The notes under the pieces: model-generated
What the model was told of the DNA's origin: nothing
Database searches by the model: none
What the model saw: the letters and a program-made list of their open reading frames with translations, nothing else
In this document: positions 11,301 to 23,928 of the stretch, piece by piece
How the letters are laid out: each line of letters starts with the position of its first letter
Numbering within the stretch: the stretch's first letter is position 1
Program-made: the position numbers and the translations under genes
Origin: Paraspadella gotoi
Taxonomy: Eukaryota; Animalia; Chaetognatha
DNA length: 64,000 nt
Assembly: GCA_051294375.1 (NCBI GenBank)
Contig: CM119268.1
Location: 15,280,172 to 15,344,171, forward strand
Direction of reading: 5' to 3'

Positions 11301-12211
11301 TTAAAGAATAAGGCATGAATATAATTTAGAGAATTGACGAAAAAAAGTTTTTTTTTTTTAGATTTTACGTTTTTGTTACTGTTAATTCCTAGAAAAAAAT
11401 TCAGAGACTCGGATAATGACGTCCGTTCGGTTCAGAAGCAGCAAGCAGAGAGAGAGAGAGAGAGAGAGAGAGAATTGAGTTATGGAACGGGACGACGATT
11501 ATCACGTTCGACAAAGAAAAAGAAGGAAGGAAATAGGTTTGGACGAAAGAAAAAAAATAATTGTTAATTTCTGGCATCGCTTTATTCATTAAAAATCGTG
11601 TGAAGATAAAAAAATTTTAGCTTATTTTTTCTTTTCATGTTTTTTTCTTTGTTTCTTTGTTTCTTTCTCTTTACAAAGATTTCAACCAAAGATAACAAGG
11701 CGGCGACAATGATACAATTATGTGGCCCCATGACGTTTGAGCGTTGGAAGAGGAGCGAGACCCTACTTTATCAATAAGAGCAGGAAGAGGAAGAGGAAAG
11801 GAGAACGATCAGCGCGGGCTCTCTCTCCCTGTCACACCCTCCCCTCCTCTCATTTTCTCTCTTTCACTTTTTTGTGTGACACCGGCGTCGCGGCTGGCCT
11901 TGACGATTTGCTTAATCGAGCGACTTTTTGCGAGAGTCCTGCGTGCGAGTCTTTGTTCGCGCGACCTTTTGTGCGTAGTCGGCGCACGCCAAATGCGTGC
12001 ACAAATCTCCGCTTGCGTGCGCACAGATCTCTCGTGGGTGCCTCGGACTCGTGGGAGCTTAATCGAAGGCTTCTGATCGTGGAACGTTGGCTGATCCTAA
12101 TGATTCCTTGACAATGTGTCTGTGTGAGTGTCACAGTATATTGTTTATCGATTAGCTGTAACTAAAAAATTTACCCAATGATTAGGACACCAAATTTTGA
12201 ATTGAATATTA

Positions 12212-12809
12212 CAGGGAGGTCCAGCTCTTTTGGGACTAAATTAAAAAATTCTTTTGGATGGGTAAATAATCGATTACTTGATTGGAAAAATTGGTAAGGC
12301 AAGTAAAGAGTTGTAATTGACAACACATCTATTCATTAAAAAAACTCATCTTTGGCAACCATGACTTTCTCTCCAAAGTGTTCAAGAGAAGGCGGCATAT
12401 GCTTTTGCATGTGCGCCAATGGGAATAGTGTGTCAGTTTCTATCAACTATTTGCTGTTGTCAGAAAGTTGTCAGTTTTAGAGAGGAATGCGTGGAGAATT
12501 CTGCTTCGCAACCCTACATTTTCATTAATCAAGGGGATTGCCGTCAGAAAAACTGAGTCGGTCAAAAGTAAGAATTCACCATCCATCACTTTGATTTACG
12601 CCTAATTCTCAAAATTTTGTAAGGAACCGCGCGAAAAAATATAACATGCTATGCAATTCATTAATTATAAGAGTTGCCGGGACATTTTTCACATAATTTT
12701 GAATTCGATTGAAAGAGAAATTTGTCTAGCTCTTCCAAATATAATCTTTTTTCTATATCGTTAACCGTTTACTGTGCTGTAAGCACATTGAAGTAGTCCC
12801 AAAAGAGCT
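12212..12809. mobile_element. Non-autonomous DNA transposon relic, Tc1/mariner-like MITE, with a truncated right end
   Basis: Left end TA|CAGGGAGGTCC resembles Tc1/mariner termini. A perfect 16-bp inverted repeat AGCTCTTTTGGGACTA (12223-12238) / TAGTCCCAAAAGAGCT (12794-12809) bounds ~600 bp with no ORF. Confidence 0.55.
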
Positions 12810-13899
12810 ATATTTGAAAACGCAAAATTTGTTGCTAACTTTATTAATTCGACCTATCGTTTACTTTCTCTTAATCTCATCTTTTTATTACTCCAGAAAA
12901 ACAACACTTTGCAGTCCTCCTGTGTGCCAAGCAAGAGAGAGAAGAGAGGAGTAGAGAGAGAGAGAGAGAGAGAGAGAGCAGAGAGAGAGAGAGAGAACGA
13001 ATCGCTGCAAACAAGGTTTCCCCCAATACCTCAAGCGTAATCACCTGCTTCATGCAAATTGAGATATCCTTGAGACGGGCCATCGGAGTCGGCGACGAGC
13101 GGCGGGGGCGGCGGCGGCGGGTCTGCTTGTTTCGTTTTTGTCAACTCTTGGTTCGCAACTTGTCGGAGTTGAAGGAAGGAGGAGAGAGAAGAGGAGAAGA
13201 GAGAGAGATTGTTCAAAGTAATGGTGAATGAAGTAGCCAGCCAGCCAGACCGCAATGAAATTGTAACATTTTAGAGAAGGATAACAATTTGTGAGAATGC
13301 GACAAAGTATATGTTTGTGGATTGAAATCAACTAACGAAATAAAATTAAAAAAATTTGAACCATCGAGAAAGGATAAGAAATGAATATGAATGAAAAGTG
13401 ACTTAGTCGTTCCTCGCTGCCATCGGCCCCCCCCAGGGCTTTCCCGTCCCTCGCCCCCCCCAACGCCCGACCGCTCATCCCGGAGAAGTGGGAAGGGAGG
13501 AAAGTCGCTAGTAATAAAGGTCGCGCGATGGATTTGACCTCCTCTGATCGAAAAAGGATAATAAATTAAAGGGACGAAAGAGGGAGAAGAGCGAGGAGAG
13601 GAAGAAGAAGAAGTAGAATAAAAGAAGAAGAATAAGAAGAAGAAATAGAAAAGATAAAAAAAAATATCGTCAGCATAAATCATCTACGATTCGCGCCGAT
13701 GATATTTGCCGACGTCTGAAAATTGAGCGGGAGAAATCGCGGGAAATATTATAAGGATATTAAATGATAAAATTAAAATAAATCAAATTTGTAATCTTTG
13801 CGACAGAGTTATATTTAATTCTAATTATTTGTTTGCCGACTTTCATACATTAATGTGATTTTTAATCTTAATTAAAACTAGTTTGTCATGAATATTTTC

Positions 13900-13980
13900 T
13901 ACATACATACATACATATTACATACATACATACATATATACATACACACATTCATACATACATACATACATACATACATT
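13900..13980. repeat. (TACA)n microsatellite
   Basis: Direct reading. Confidence 0.85.
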
Positions 13981-14147
13981 TGATACATTTTATGAATATT
14001 TTTAAACCTATGTTAAATTTTTTTTATTAATCGCTTCCGAGTGTGCTTCTTCAATCATCAGCCAGCTTCTCTGCCAAATTCCTTCTCCAGTCAATATTCT
14101 TGTCTCAGACGTAACGACGCCATCATCATGACGCGAACAGCATCCTC

Positions 14148-14180
<33 letters not shown>

Positions 14181-14690
14181 AGCGGGTTCGAAGTCAACTC
14201 TTCTGTCGGCGTTGAGTTCGTCGTCTGCATTTTCGCTGGTGACAAAATCGATGTACCCGTAACATTACCTTTTTTTTTTCAGATAGTCATTTTTTTTACA
14301 TAATTTTTTATTGTGTTGCTATTGGTGATCATCACAAACATTGTAGTCGTTTTCCTCAATGCCATTCTTGTCCTAAACGTTGTCATCATCGTCATCATCA
14401 TCGTCGTCTACTCTGTCTCAGTGTCTCATCATCGCCATATTTTCTGAACCTCCGCCGCGGGACGGAGACGCGAAACGCGTAATGACGTAATGACCTTAAC
14501 GAGACTTCGTTACTTTGTCGCCTGATTGGCTCATGAGCGGCTTGTCGCAACACTCGCAACTATCGGCGAAGAAAGTATGCAGTATTCAGATTATGTGACT
14601 TAACATCAACTTCCTAATTCTACTAACAATTTTATAGTTTTGACATTTAAAAATAAACAAATCGGTTTTTAGGACAAAATAAGCGAGCTA

Positions 14691-14751
<61 letters not shown>

Positions 14752-17700
14752 CTCTCTCTTCCTCTCCGCATTCGTTACACGAAATACGCGCCATTATGAG
14801 CATTATCCCGTTTTTCGACAGGCGCTCATACTGCTCTTAAACCCACTTAGCCTAGACCTCTCCCCCCAGGCATTACCCCCCAACCCCAACCAATGTATTC
14901 CCCGTTTTTTCCCACCCCTTACCGTCCACTCCCCCCCCGCCCCCTCCCTCCGCCGGAATCGGGGGATGACATTCGAGAGGCTTAACCCAATTTCCTCGTC
15001 GAGTCTTCGATCCTCCCTTCTGCGATTCTTTGTTGACCGACGACTGACCTCATCTCTCGAGACGCAGCGGCGGCGGCGGCGTCGCCAGAGTCATTGACTG
15101 GGGCGGAGGGGAAGGAGGTTAGGGGAGAATTGAGAAGAAGGTTAAAAGGGGGCGGGGAACAGGGGGTCGGGGAAAAAAAAGTCTTGGTAAGAGAAGATAA
15201 AAATTCGGGGAAGTGGTTTGACCCAGTGACGGTGGACAATAAATGTCATGAAGGAATAATTCAGGAGAGCGGGAAGGAAAGAGTTACAATCTCTTGACTT
15301 TCGTTTTATACCGGATTAATATTGTTATTTTCTAATGTTCGATTGAGGGGCTGATTTTAAATTTCAATCAGTCAGTCTTTCTTTCCGTCCGGAAATCCAA
15401 AATAGAATTGGAAAAGCATCAATTGACTTAATAGATAAACTATTTTCATCAGTAAAATAGTTTGGAATGAGCAACGAAATGGACGACAGTCACTACTACT
15501 TAGACCGCAACGAACGATTCATTATCAGCAAAGTCATCTTCGTTTGAACGCAATTATGATCTCTCTCTCTCTCTCTTCTATCTCTCTCTCATCTCTCTCA
15601 CTCTCTGCTCTCTCTCTCTCTCTCTCGTTTTCTCGATCAATGCAGCTGATCCAGTTGAGAGTCATAACACGGGGATGTCATAAAATCGACTCGGGACAAA
15701 CTCTTGATCCGAGTGGGTGAATGAGTGAAAAAAAGAATGGGTATGGGTTGCGGCGAAAAGTATGTGGAGTATATGTTTTGTTAGAGGGAGAATTGGTATC
15801 TTGTTTTGTGACAAAACAAAATAGTAAATAAAACATACAGATTAAAGACCACAGAAAAAAAAATCATTTAACGAAACGTCATTTGCGGTCAAACTTGCGT
15901 TAATACCAAGTCACATGGAAGTAGGCACGCAACTATATCGTTTTAATAAGTAGGCTTTTTACATCTCCCCATATAGCTACGGATCACCCCTCACACAGGC
16001 TCATATATCGCCTCGCATCGTATTGCGTTATTACATCGCTTCTGTGCCCCATAAGCAATCACGCTCGCGACGATGATATGACGATAATAAAAAGGAGAGA
16101 GAAAAAAAGTCGTTTAACGACGAGTTTCGCCGTCGTCGCCTCCGTGTCTTTGTCCGCCCCGACGCTCCGTTCGCTCCCGATGTCAAAAAATTGTTCATCC
16201 AATGGCGAAGATGGTGAAAAACAGTCGGAGTTTGCAATCTTTGCAATCATATTTACAATTAACGGAACAAACAAAAACAAAGTCCCGCCATCTACATAAA
16301 CGATAAACTCGATGACGGCGAAAGAGGACGTAATGGTCGCCTGGTGACCACGTGACCGAGATTCACTCGGCCTCGCCTTTTCCTTGGGCGGTAGTCGCGC
16401 CGGTTGAGGGCGGCATCTCTCCGAAGACCTTCGACGACCGACTTGGCACTCGGCGGCGGCACCCTAGGGGACTTTGAGGCATTTTTTTTTCCGTCGGGTT
16501 GCGGCAGAAAATTTTTCGATTACTCCCGTTCGTAATTTTTTGCCTAAACTTTGTAAAAAAAATTTCGAGACTGAGAACTTTTTTCAAATTTGTTATTTTA
16601 AATTTTTACTTTTTTCAACGTTACGACAGCTCCGTCGAAGAGTCATCGTTATTTTTCCAGCGCAAATCGAAAAATCGGTGGGCCAAGCGATAAAAAGCTA
16701 TAATTTATGCTAATTACTGTTTTCTGTGTTTATGACCACCTCGATCATTGCGGACCGAACGATTGGTCAGAAAAATATTAGCCCTCGAGTGGTCAGAAAT
16801 GATCACTCCTATCCCTCGTCTGTTAAACTAAGCTTTTAATCCCCGATGAACGTTCAAGCTCAACTTTGTTCTCGGAGGCAAAGTAAAAAAAAAGGGAACA
16901 AAGCAAAAAAAAAGAAAAAAAGAAAGAAAAAGGAGGCGAAAGAAAACAACGCATCCCCTCGCGTTTCTTTGTTCAACCAAACGATGTCGACGCCCGAATT
17001 ATTTCGACGTCGCCCTTTTTCTTTTTCTCTTTTTTTCCTTTTTTATTTGTTTCTTTTCTTTTTGCGTCTCCCCCGTTTTCTTTCTTTTTTTTTTCAAATT
17101 TCCTTTTTTTTTCTTAAAACTTTTGTCGCGGCTGGATTCTTTTTACGACCGATAAGGGGCCCGGCCGTCGCCTCGTCCTCCCCCTACGGTCGTATCGGCC
17201 CGCGACCGCGCGACGACCTCCGTGGCCACGCCCACCACCCACTCTTGACGACGAACACCCCTCGTTCCGACCTTGCACGGAATTGCGATCGACACCCTCC
17301 GTTGACGACGGGTCACGCCTACCACTTTTCGTGTCAATCGCGTTTGAATTCGTGGCGTTCAAAGCTTCTTAATCTCGATCGTGAATTCGTCATCACTCAC
17401 TGAAAATGTCGTCCCTTTACCCTTAATTTCACATTAATGTTTCACACTTCATCGCGACTCATTCTTTTTCATTCGTTGCCACATTTCAATTAGTCGACAA
17501 AAAAAAAAGAAGTAATTTTCACTACCAACCAATAACCACTCCACCACGAAGTCCTATTTTCACCCTCCCCCTCCAGCCCCCCCCTCCAACCCCGGCACCC
17601 TCTCCTCCGCCACGCGAAGGTTTCGCGGCGGCGAGACTCGCATTTTGTTGATTCCTGGGAGAGACATTCGATCCGCGAGCAAAGTAGCGACTCGGCGCCG

Positions 17701-20700
17701 CCGCGACACGATGGTCGGATCGGGTGGGGGAGGAAGCGAGGGTGGGAAGGCAGGGGTTGTGGATTGTGTGGAAAAGGATGGGGGGGAAGTGTGGCCAACG
17801 TGGTTGAGTCTCTGTCGGTCGCTTCAAAGAAAGTCGACTGTGAAAGCAGTTGGGACGGGCCAGGGTTTTAACTTTGTGGGCATAATGAAAAGAACTCGGG
17901 TGAGTTTGATTGGAGGACGGTGAAGTTGCCCGCGTTGAAGTCTTACGGTGGTCAAGTGTGGCTTGTGGATGAATTTCCGCATGACTGGACCATAACTCTT
18001 TGAGAGTTGAGACCGAGTGAACAGGAAAAAAAGAGGCAAAGCCTTACTACAACTTTTTTCGGACTGGGGATTCACTCGACTCATTAGCTACGTTATGTTA
18101 CAACATGAAGCCCAATCTTAGCAAGGGTTAGAGTGGGGTTCGTCAGATCCCGAAGAGTGGAGACCTCTATCGCTCCTTCATTATTGTTATGAAAATTTAT
18201 CTCGTCCTTGTTAATCGTTAAATAAATGGAAAAAGACACTTTTCGGCCGAGAACGGAACACTTCCCAAACTGGTAAAATTTTATGTTCTCAGATAAGAAA
18301 AAAAAAGCATAAATCCGTATTCATAAAGGGAAGACTTTGGGGGAGGAACAGGGAGGTGGAGAAGTGGGGGAGGTGGCGAGGCGGTTGAGGCAAGGACTAA
18401 GAAAGAATAAAAAAAAAGAAAGAGGTTTTTTTCTATATTCGGCAGCGACGATAAAACCCCGAAGCGAAGAAAATATGTCAACCATCTCGGGGATGGCCGC
18501 TCGCTTGGCTCAGAACACTGCCCTGCCCGCGGCCTCTCTGGCCCTCCGCCCTCCGCCGGCTGCGCTCGTGACACACCACGCTGCCACCGCTGCCGGCTTT
18601 GCCGCCGCTGACACCGCCGACGCCGCCGACGCCGCCTCTTCGTCCCCCAGGACCTCATATCTTTTTACGACGCCCCTCTCGGCCTCCGCAGCGACGACCA
18701 AGGCGACAACAACGACGACCAACTTTTTTTCGGGGGCGACGTTAATTTCGTCCACGGACGACGGTGACGACGACTTCGACGACGATGACGACGACGAAGG
18801 CGACGACGATGACGCCGATTCAGTAACGAACCCGTAAATAAAAAGGCGAGGGAGTTTATTCTGTAGTTACAGTGTCCAATAGCGTGGAGGCCAATGGGCC
18901 GAGAGACACTTGGCCTAGAAAGGTCATTCCGAAAAAAAAATGAAGGGCCAACACGAGTCGTATTTAGGTTTAGAATTAGAATAAAAAAAAACCACATTTA
19001 TTTCAATCTTTCAACATGTTTAATCGTTTACTAAACAGAGTAAAATTAAAAAAAAACTATTAATCTCATGTTTTTTTTACATAGATTATCAAAGTGTCAA
19101 TGCGTCCTTATGTCCCAATTTTAATTTGCGTAAATAATCTCAAAAAACGGGTCGACGATGACGGCGTGACGACGAAGCCACGGCCCCNNNNNNNNNNNNN
19201 NNNNNNNNNNNNNNNNNNNNNNNNNNNNNNNNNNNNNNNNNNNNNNNNNNNNNNNNNNNNNNNNNNNNNNNNNNNNNNNNNNNNNNNNNNNNNNNNNNNN
19301 NNNNNNNNNNNNNNNNNNNNNNNNNNNNNNNNNNNNNNNNNNNNNNNNNNNNNNNNNNNNNNNNNNNNNNNNNNNNNNNNNNNNNNNNNNNNNNNNNNNN
19401 NNNNNNNNNNNNNNNNNNNNNNNNNNNNNNNNNNNNNNNNNNNNNNNNNNNNNNNNNNNNNNNNNNNNNNNNNNNNNNNNNNNNNNNNNNNNNNNNNNNN
19501 NNNNNNNNNNNNNNNNNNNNNNNNNNNNNNNNNNNNNNNNNNNNNNNNNNNNNNNNNNNNNNNNNNNNNNNNNNNNNNNNNNNNNNNNNNNNNNNNNNNN
19601 NNNNNNNNNNNNNNNNNNNNNNNNNNNNNNNNNNNNNNNNNNNNNNNNNNNNNNNNNNNNNNNNNNNNNNNNNNNNNNNNNNNNNNNNNNNNNNNNNNNN
19701 NNNNNNNNNNNNNNNNNNNNNNNNNNNNNNNNNNNNNNNNNNNNNNNNNNNNNNNNNNNNNNNNNNNNNNNNNNNNNNNNNNNNNNNNNNNNNNNNNNNN
19801 NNNNNNNNNNNNNNNNNNNNNNNNNNNNNNNNNNNNNNNNNNNNNNNNNNNNNNNNNNNNNNNNNNNNNNNNNNNNNNNNNNNNNNNNNNNNNNNNNNNN
19901 NNNNNNNNNNNNNNNNNNNNNNNNNNNNACCAAAAAAAAGAAAGAAAGAAAAAAGAAAGAAAGAAAGAAATGATACGATATGTTCTTTAGCGCTTAACTC
20001 ATGACAACAAATTTGGATTGCCCCTTCTAAAAGAGTGCAATTTGAACGAAAATCTTCACAGAACCAGAAGCACGCGCAATTGCCATTAACCATTCCCGAT
20101 TANNNNNNNNNNNNNNNNNNNNNNNNNNNNNNNNNNNNNNNNNNNNNNNNNNNNNNNNNNNNNNNNNNNNNNNNNNNNNNNNNNNNNNNNNNNNNNNNNN
20201 NNNNNNNNNNNNNNNNNNNNNNNNNNNNNNNNNNNNNNNNNNNNNNNNNNNNNNNNNNNNNNNNNNNNNNNNNNNNNNNNNNNNNNNNNNNNNNNNNNNN
20301 NNNNNNNNNNNNNNNNNNNNNNNNNNNNNNNNNAGAGAGAGAGAGCGTGGGCCGTGTGCGAAAATTAGCGGCTGGGTCCATGGTCAACTAAAAGCCCGTG
20401 ACCAACGGCTCCGAGAGGAATTAGGCCTAAGCTCGATCTTTGCCTCTGAAGACATTAAGGATGAAGTCAATCGTTGTAATGATTGACTGCAAGGGACGAT
20501 CATTATTACACTTAGTTTGTAGATTTATTTTATTGACTTTTCTCATAAAAAAATTTTATTCTTCGGAATCTTTGTTTAGCCCTGAGTACAACAAAATATC
20601 GATACTTAATTTTTCCCTCGACATTTTTCTACAAACAAATAGAGCCGCCATACGACTAAGATTTCTTTATTAGGTTTCTATAGTATTAATCCACCCTAAT

Positions 20701-22351
20701 TCTTAACCTACAATCCAGCCACCCTAACCCCCGCGACAAAGCCGGTCGCCGCCTCGCGGTGTCATCCCATAACCATTTGCCGCGGAAAAGCCAAGGCCGC
20801 ATCGAAGCCTAGGGTTTTTCTTAATGTAAACAGCGTCTCGTCAAATTCGAGGGATAGGACGAGGACGACGATGAGAACGACGACAAAGACGACGAAAAAG
20901 ATGACGACGATAGCGCGACGACGACGAAGTCGACAACAACAATTACGAGCAGGTACCGAAATAGCATCGGGGAATTTATTCTAATTGCATTAAGGTTTTG
21001 GGAAAACTTTAAACTCCCCGTGTACAATGCTCGATATCGCAGGAGTTTATATTTAAAGCAAAGTCGATGACGACAACGACAGCGATGCCAAATATTCTGT
21101 GACGAGAAATCTACTAAGAAGACGAAGAAGATGACAAAACTGACGACAAAGACGATGACGTCTCGCAATCAACGACGAAGGCGAAGATGACAAAACTGAC
21201 AACAAAGACGACGACGTCTCGTAATCAACGACAAAGACGAAGAAGATTACTAAATCTACGGCGAAGACTTCGGCGCCGCTCGAGTTTTGGGTGGCCTTGC
21301 GTAAAACGCCCGACACAAAAGCCCGTTCGTCGCCCGTCGCTCGGTGACACGGGACCCGCTTCGCTATTATGACTTATGTATGAGCCAGAGACGTTGACGA
21401 CGACGACTGCGACGACGACGAAGACGACAAAGACGAGCATTTAAGACCGAATATTTAGTCTCCCAGAAAACCGGGGCGGAGGTGGGAGTCTATTTGCGTT
21501 GAGTGGTGAGAGAGAGAGGTGGAGGCGCAGAGGCATAGCGAAGGTGGGTTTAGGAGACACCCTCGGATTTCATTAGTTAGTTCTTGATTTTGTAACATAA
21601 GCTGCTCAGAGAATCAAAGTGGAGACAAAGGAATTGATTAGAAGGGAGAAATGAATCGAAGACAAAAGATTACAGAAATAAAGTGAGTTAAAGCAAAAGT
21701 GCCAGCCGACCACCCAAGTAGACTAGGTAATAAAAGTCTCCCACCCTAACCAGACTCCCCGAAGAAGGACGTCACCCGCCATCTCGTCAAGTTGAGATAA
21801 AATTACAGGGACGAATGGGCGTCGACGTCACTAGCGCCCCATGTCGGATGGAGAATCAGTGATAAGCAATGTTAAGGAAATGAATGTAGATAATGATAAA
21901 AAGACCGACCGTTCGAAATAGTAAAAATTAGTGAGAGAGAAGCAAGATGAATGATGATAACTAAAACCTTCCGCGGGTGAAAAACCTCGTGAGACAAAAA
22001 AATATTCGTGAAACTGCGCGAGAGTCGGATTTTTTTCCTAATTTTCAACGTAATGATTTTTTTCGCTAATTTTTTCCTCCGTAATGAGCTCCGTGTCAGC
22101 TTTCACGGGCACAGCGAGAATTTCCGTTTTCTAACACTCATAAGTTCAATAAATACTGATAAAAAGAAAAAATAATGATAAACTAAAGTGTTTTAATGCA
22201 AAGTAGTCGTCTGTTGCTAGAGTAACTATTTAAGCAGGGGTTCAACATTTTTATTAGAGAACACCTTGTTTAACGCGTATGAATGACACAGGTTGAGGTA
22301 ATCATTATTGCCCTCTCTCTCTCTCTCCTCTCGTCTCTCTCTTCTCTGCTC

Positions 22352-22412
<61 letters not shown>

Positions 22413-22567
22413 CTTGCTCTCTTCCACGGGGTCACGAGTTGATGTTTCTTTGTAAAAAAGAAAGATGGCCGGCAACTGCAGACCGTTCCTTGATTGAGAC
22501 GGCTCCTCTGTCGACGCACCGCAACGCATCTTTCTCTCTCTCTCTCTCTTCTCTCTCTCTTCTCTCT

Positions 22568-22604
<37 letters not shown>

Positions 22605-23821
22605 CTCTCTCTCTCTCTTATTTTCCTTCTCTCTCTCTCTCTCTCTGAAAACGAAGAAAAGGCTCATTCCATTATTTTTTTTTGGTCCGCGCGCGTCGCA
22701 ATTTCTCCGCAAATGAAGTTTTTATGCATTAGTTTTCTTCTTTCTTTTTTTTCTTTCCTCGTCTGGACTGAGTGTCCAGTCGAGCGACCGAACTGAGGAC
22801 GAGGGTTTTTCTTTTTTTGCCCAGAGTGTAAATTGACCAGTCGATCACTCGAGACGAGAGGTGGTGGGGTTGGGTAGGTATTGCTATTGTGTCGATCTCT
22901 TTGTCCAAAGTATGTATGTATGTATGTATGTATGACTGTATGTCTTTGGATAGAAAACCAGGGTGTCGAGGGCTAACAAAGGTTATTCGATGCCTGTTAA
23001 ATTCGCAAGGTTTTATTAGATGATGTAACATGAAAACTTGTCATTGACAAGGTGAGGGATTAATTTCCCTGAGCCAGATTTAACTTAAACTTCTTCACTA
23101 AAAATTCCGTTGTGAACAGCTGGACGACGTCTTCCCCGATTTGAACTTGATATCGACTATCGTCCACTCATGACGTGGTGACGCCAATTTCAACTTTGGC
23201 ATCGCTGATTTTTCTTTCCAATTTAAATATCCTATGCGCTGAAGAAGGCTAGCGAAACAAGGGCCGAGTTTGAGAAAAAATAAAACTTTGTATACTCCCT
23301 ATATCTCTGTCTAAATCTAAATCATAAAATATGTGATTGAAAAGCTGAATTGCCTAAAAGTATTTATATTACTCACCTACATATATTATATCATCTTCTC
23401 TGACGAGTGACTCAAGGTGTCTGTACTGTTATGAAGTTATTCTTTAGTTCCTGAATTTCTTTTCGAATCGGTTGAACTATTTTGTCGATTGTAGATAATT
23501 AATAATAGAATAAATAACAGTTTTTTTCACTGCTGTCTTATAATAGGCTTCGCCGATGATATCGACGACCGACGACGACGACGACGACGACGACGACTAC
23601 TTCGACGGGAAAAACTGCCGCTGATGGCGCTGTAATCATCGTCGCGGCGTCGAGAGTCGATCGAGGGACGCGAGTGATTTCTCGCGGGTTATGAGCCGAA
23701 CTCTTCGCCTCTCTGTGTCACATTCACGGGGTCAATTGGGGTCAACGAGGTCGGGCCGCTTTCGATCAACTTGCCGAGGAGAGAGATGGGGAATGAAGGG
23801 AAGGGAAGAGAGGAAAGAGAG

Positions 23822-23836
23822 GAAAGAAAGAAAGGA

Positions 23837-23916
<80 letters not shown>

Positions 23917-23928
23917 AAGAAAGAAAGA
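23822..23928. repeat. (GAAA)n microsatellite
   Basis: Direct reading; a (TTTC)n tract also lies at 29092-29183. Confidence 0.9.

Larger units (their letters stand above)
6011..11327 (-). mobile_element. Non-LTR retrotransposon (LINE; CCHC-knuckle ORF1 plus APE-RT ORF2, I/Jockey-group-like architecture), frameshifted, possibly 5'-truncated
   Basis: Minus-strand motifs occur in the expected order: zinc knuckles (~10230-10415), APE motifs TFNSNG (~9480), GDLN (~9030), GDH (~8770), then RT motifs APGPDGI (~7750), QSGFKKG (~7430), KAFE (~7315), PQGAVL (~7135), HADD (~6955). Flanked by the direct repeat AGAGAATTGA (6001-6010 and 11328-11337). The 3' tail is a 10-bp repeat (ATTGTATTGA/ATTGTATTAA, 6011-6030). 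Confidence 0.9.

Noticed and set aside
11446-11478. Alternative right-hand TSD (GA)n-AATTGA for the LINE
   Set aside because: Sequence 11338-11445 is host-like (homopolymer runs), and element-like sequence ends at the nearer AGAGAATTGA (11328-11337). Kept only as a less likely boundary.
14109-14262. Poly-Ala exon candidate (MTRTASSVAAAAAAAAAAAG)
   Set aside because: Driven by a pure (GGC)n tract, with a weak donor and no partner exons.
17522-18043. About 170-codon stop-free minus-strand frame
   Set aside because: No ATG, no convincing splice sites and no recognisable domain; about one such frame is expected by chance in 64 kb.
18337-18837. 166-aa Ala/Asp-rich ORF
   Set aside because: Built from (GCC)n and (GAC)n-like low-complexity DNA that is open in several frames and on both strands; no domain recognised.
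19094-20391. Long ORFs with X runs (also 50014-50326 and 52199-53689)
   Set aside because: Artefacts of N gaps.
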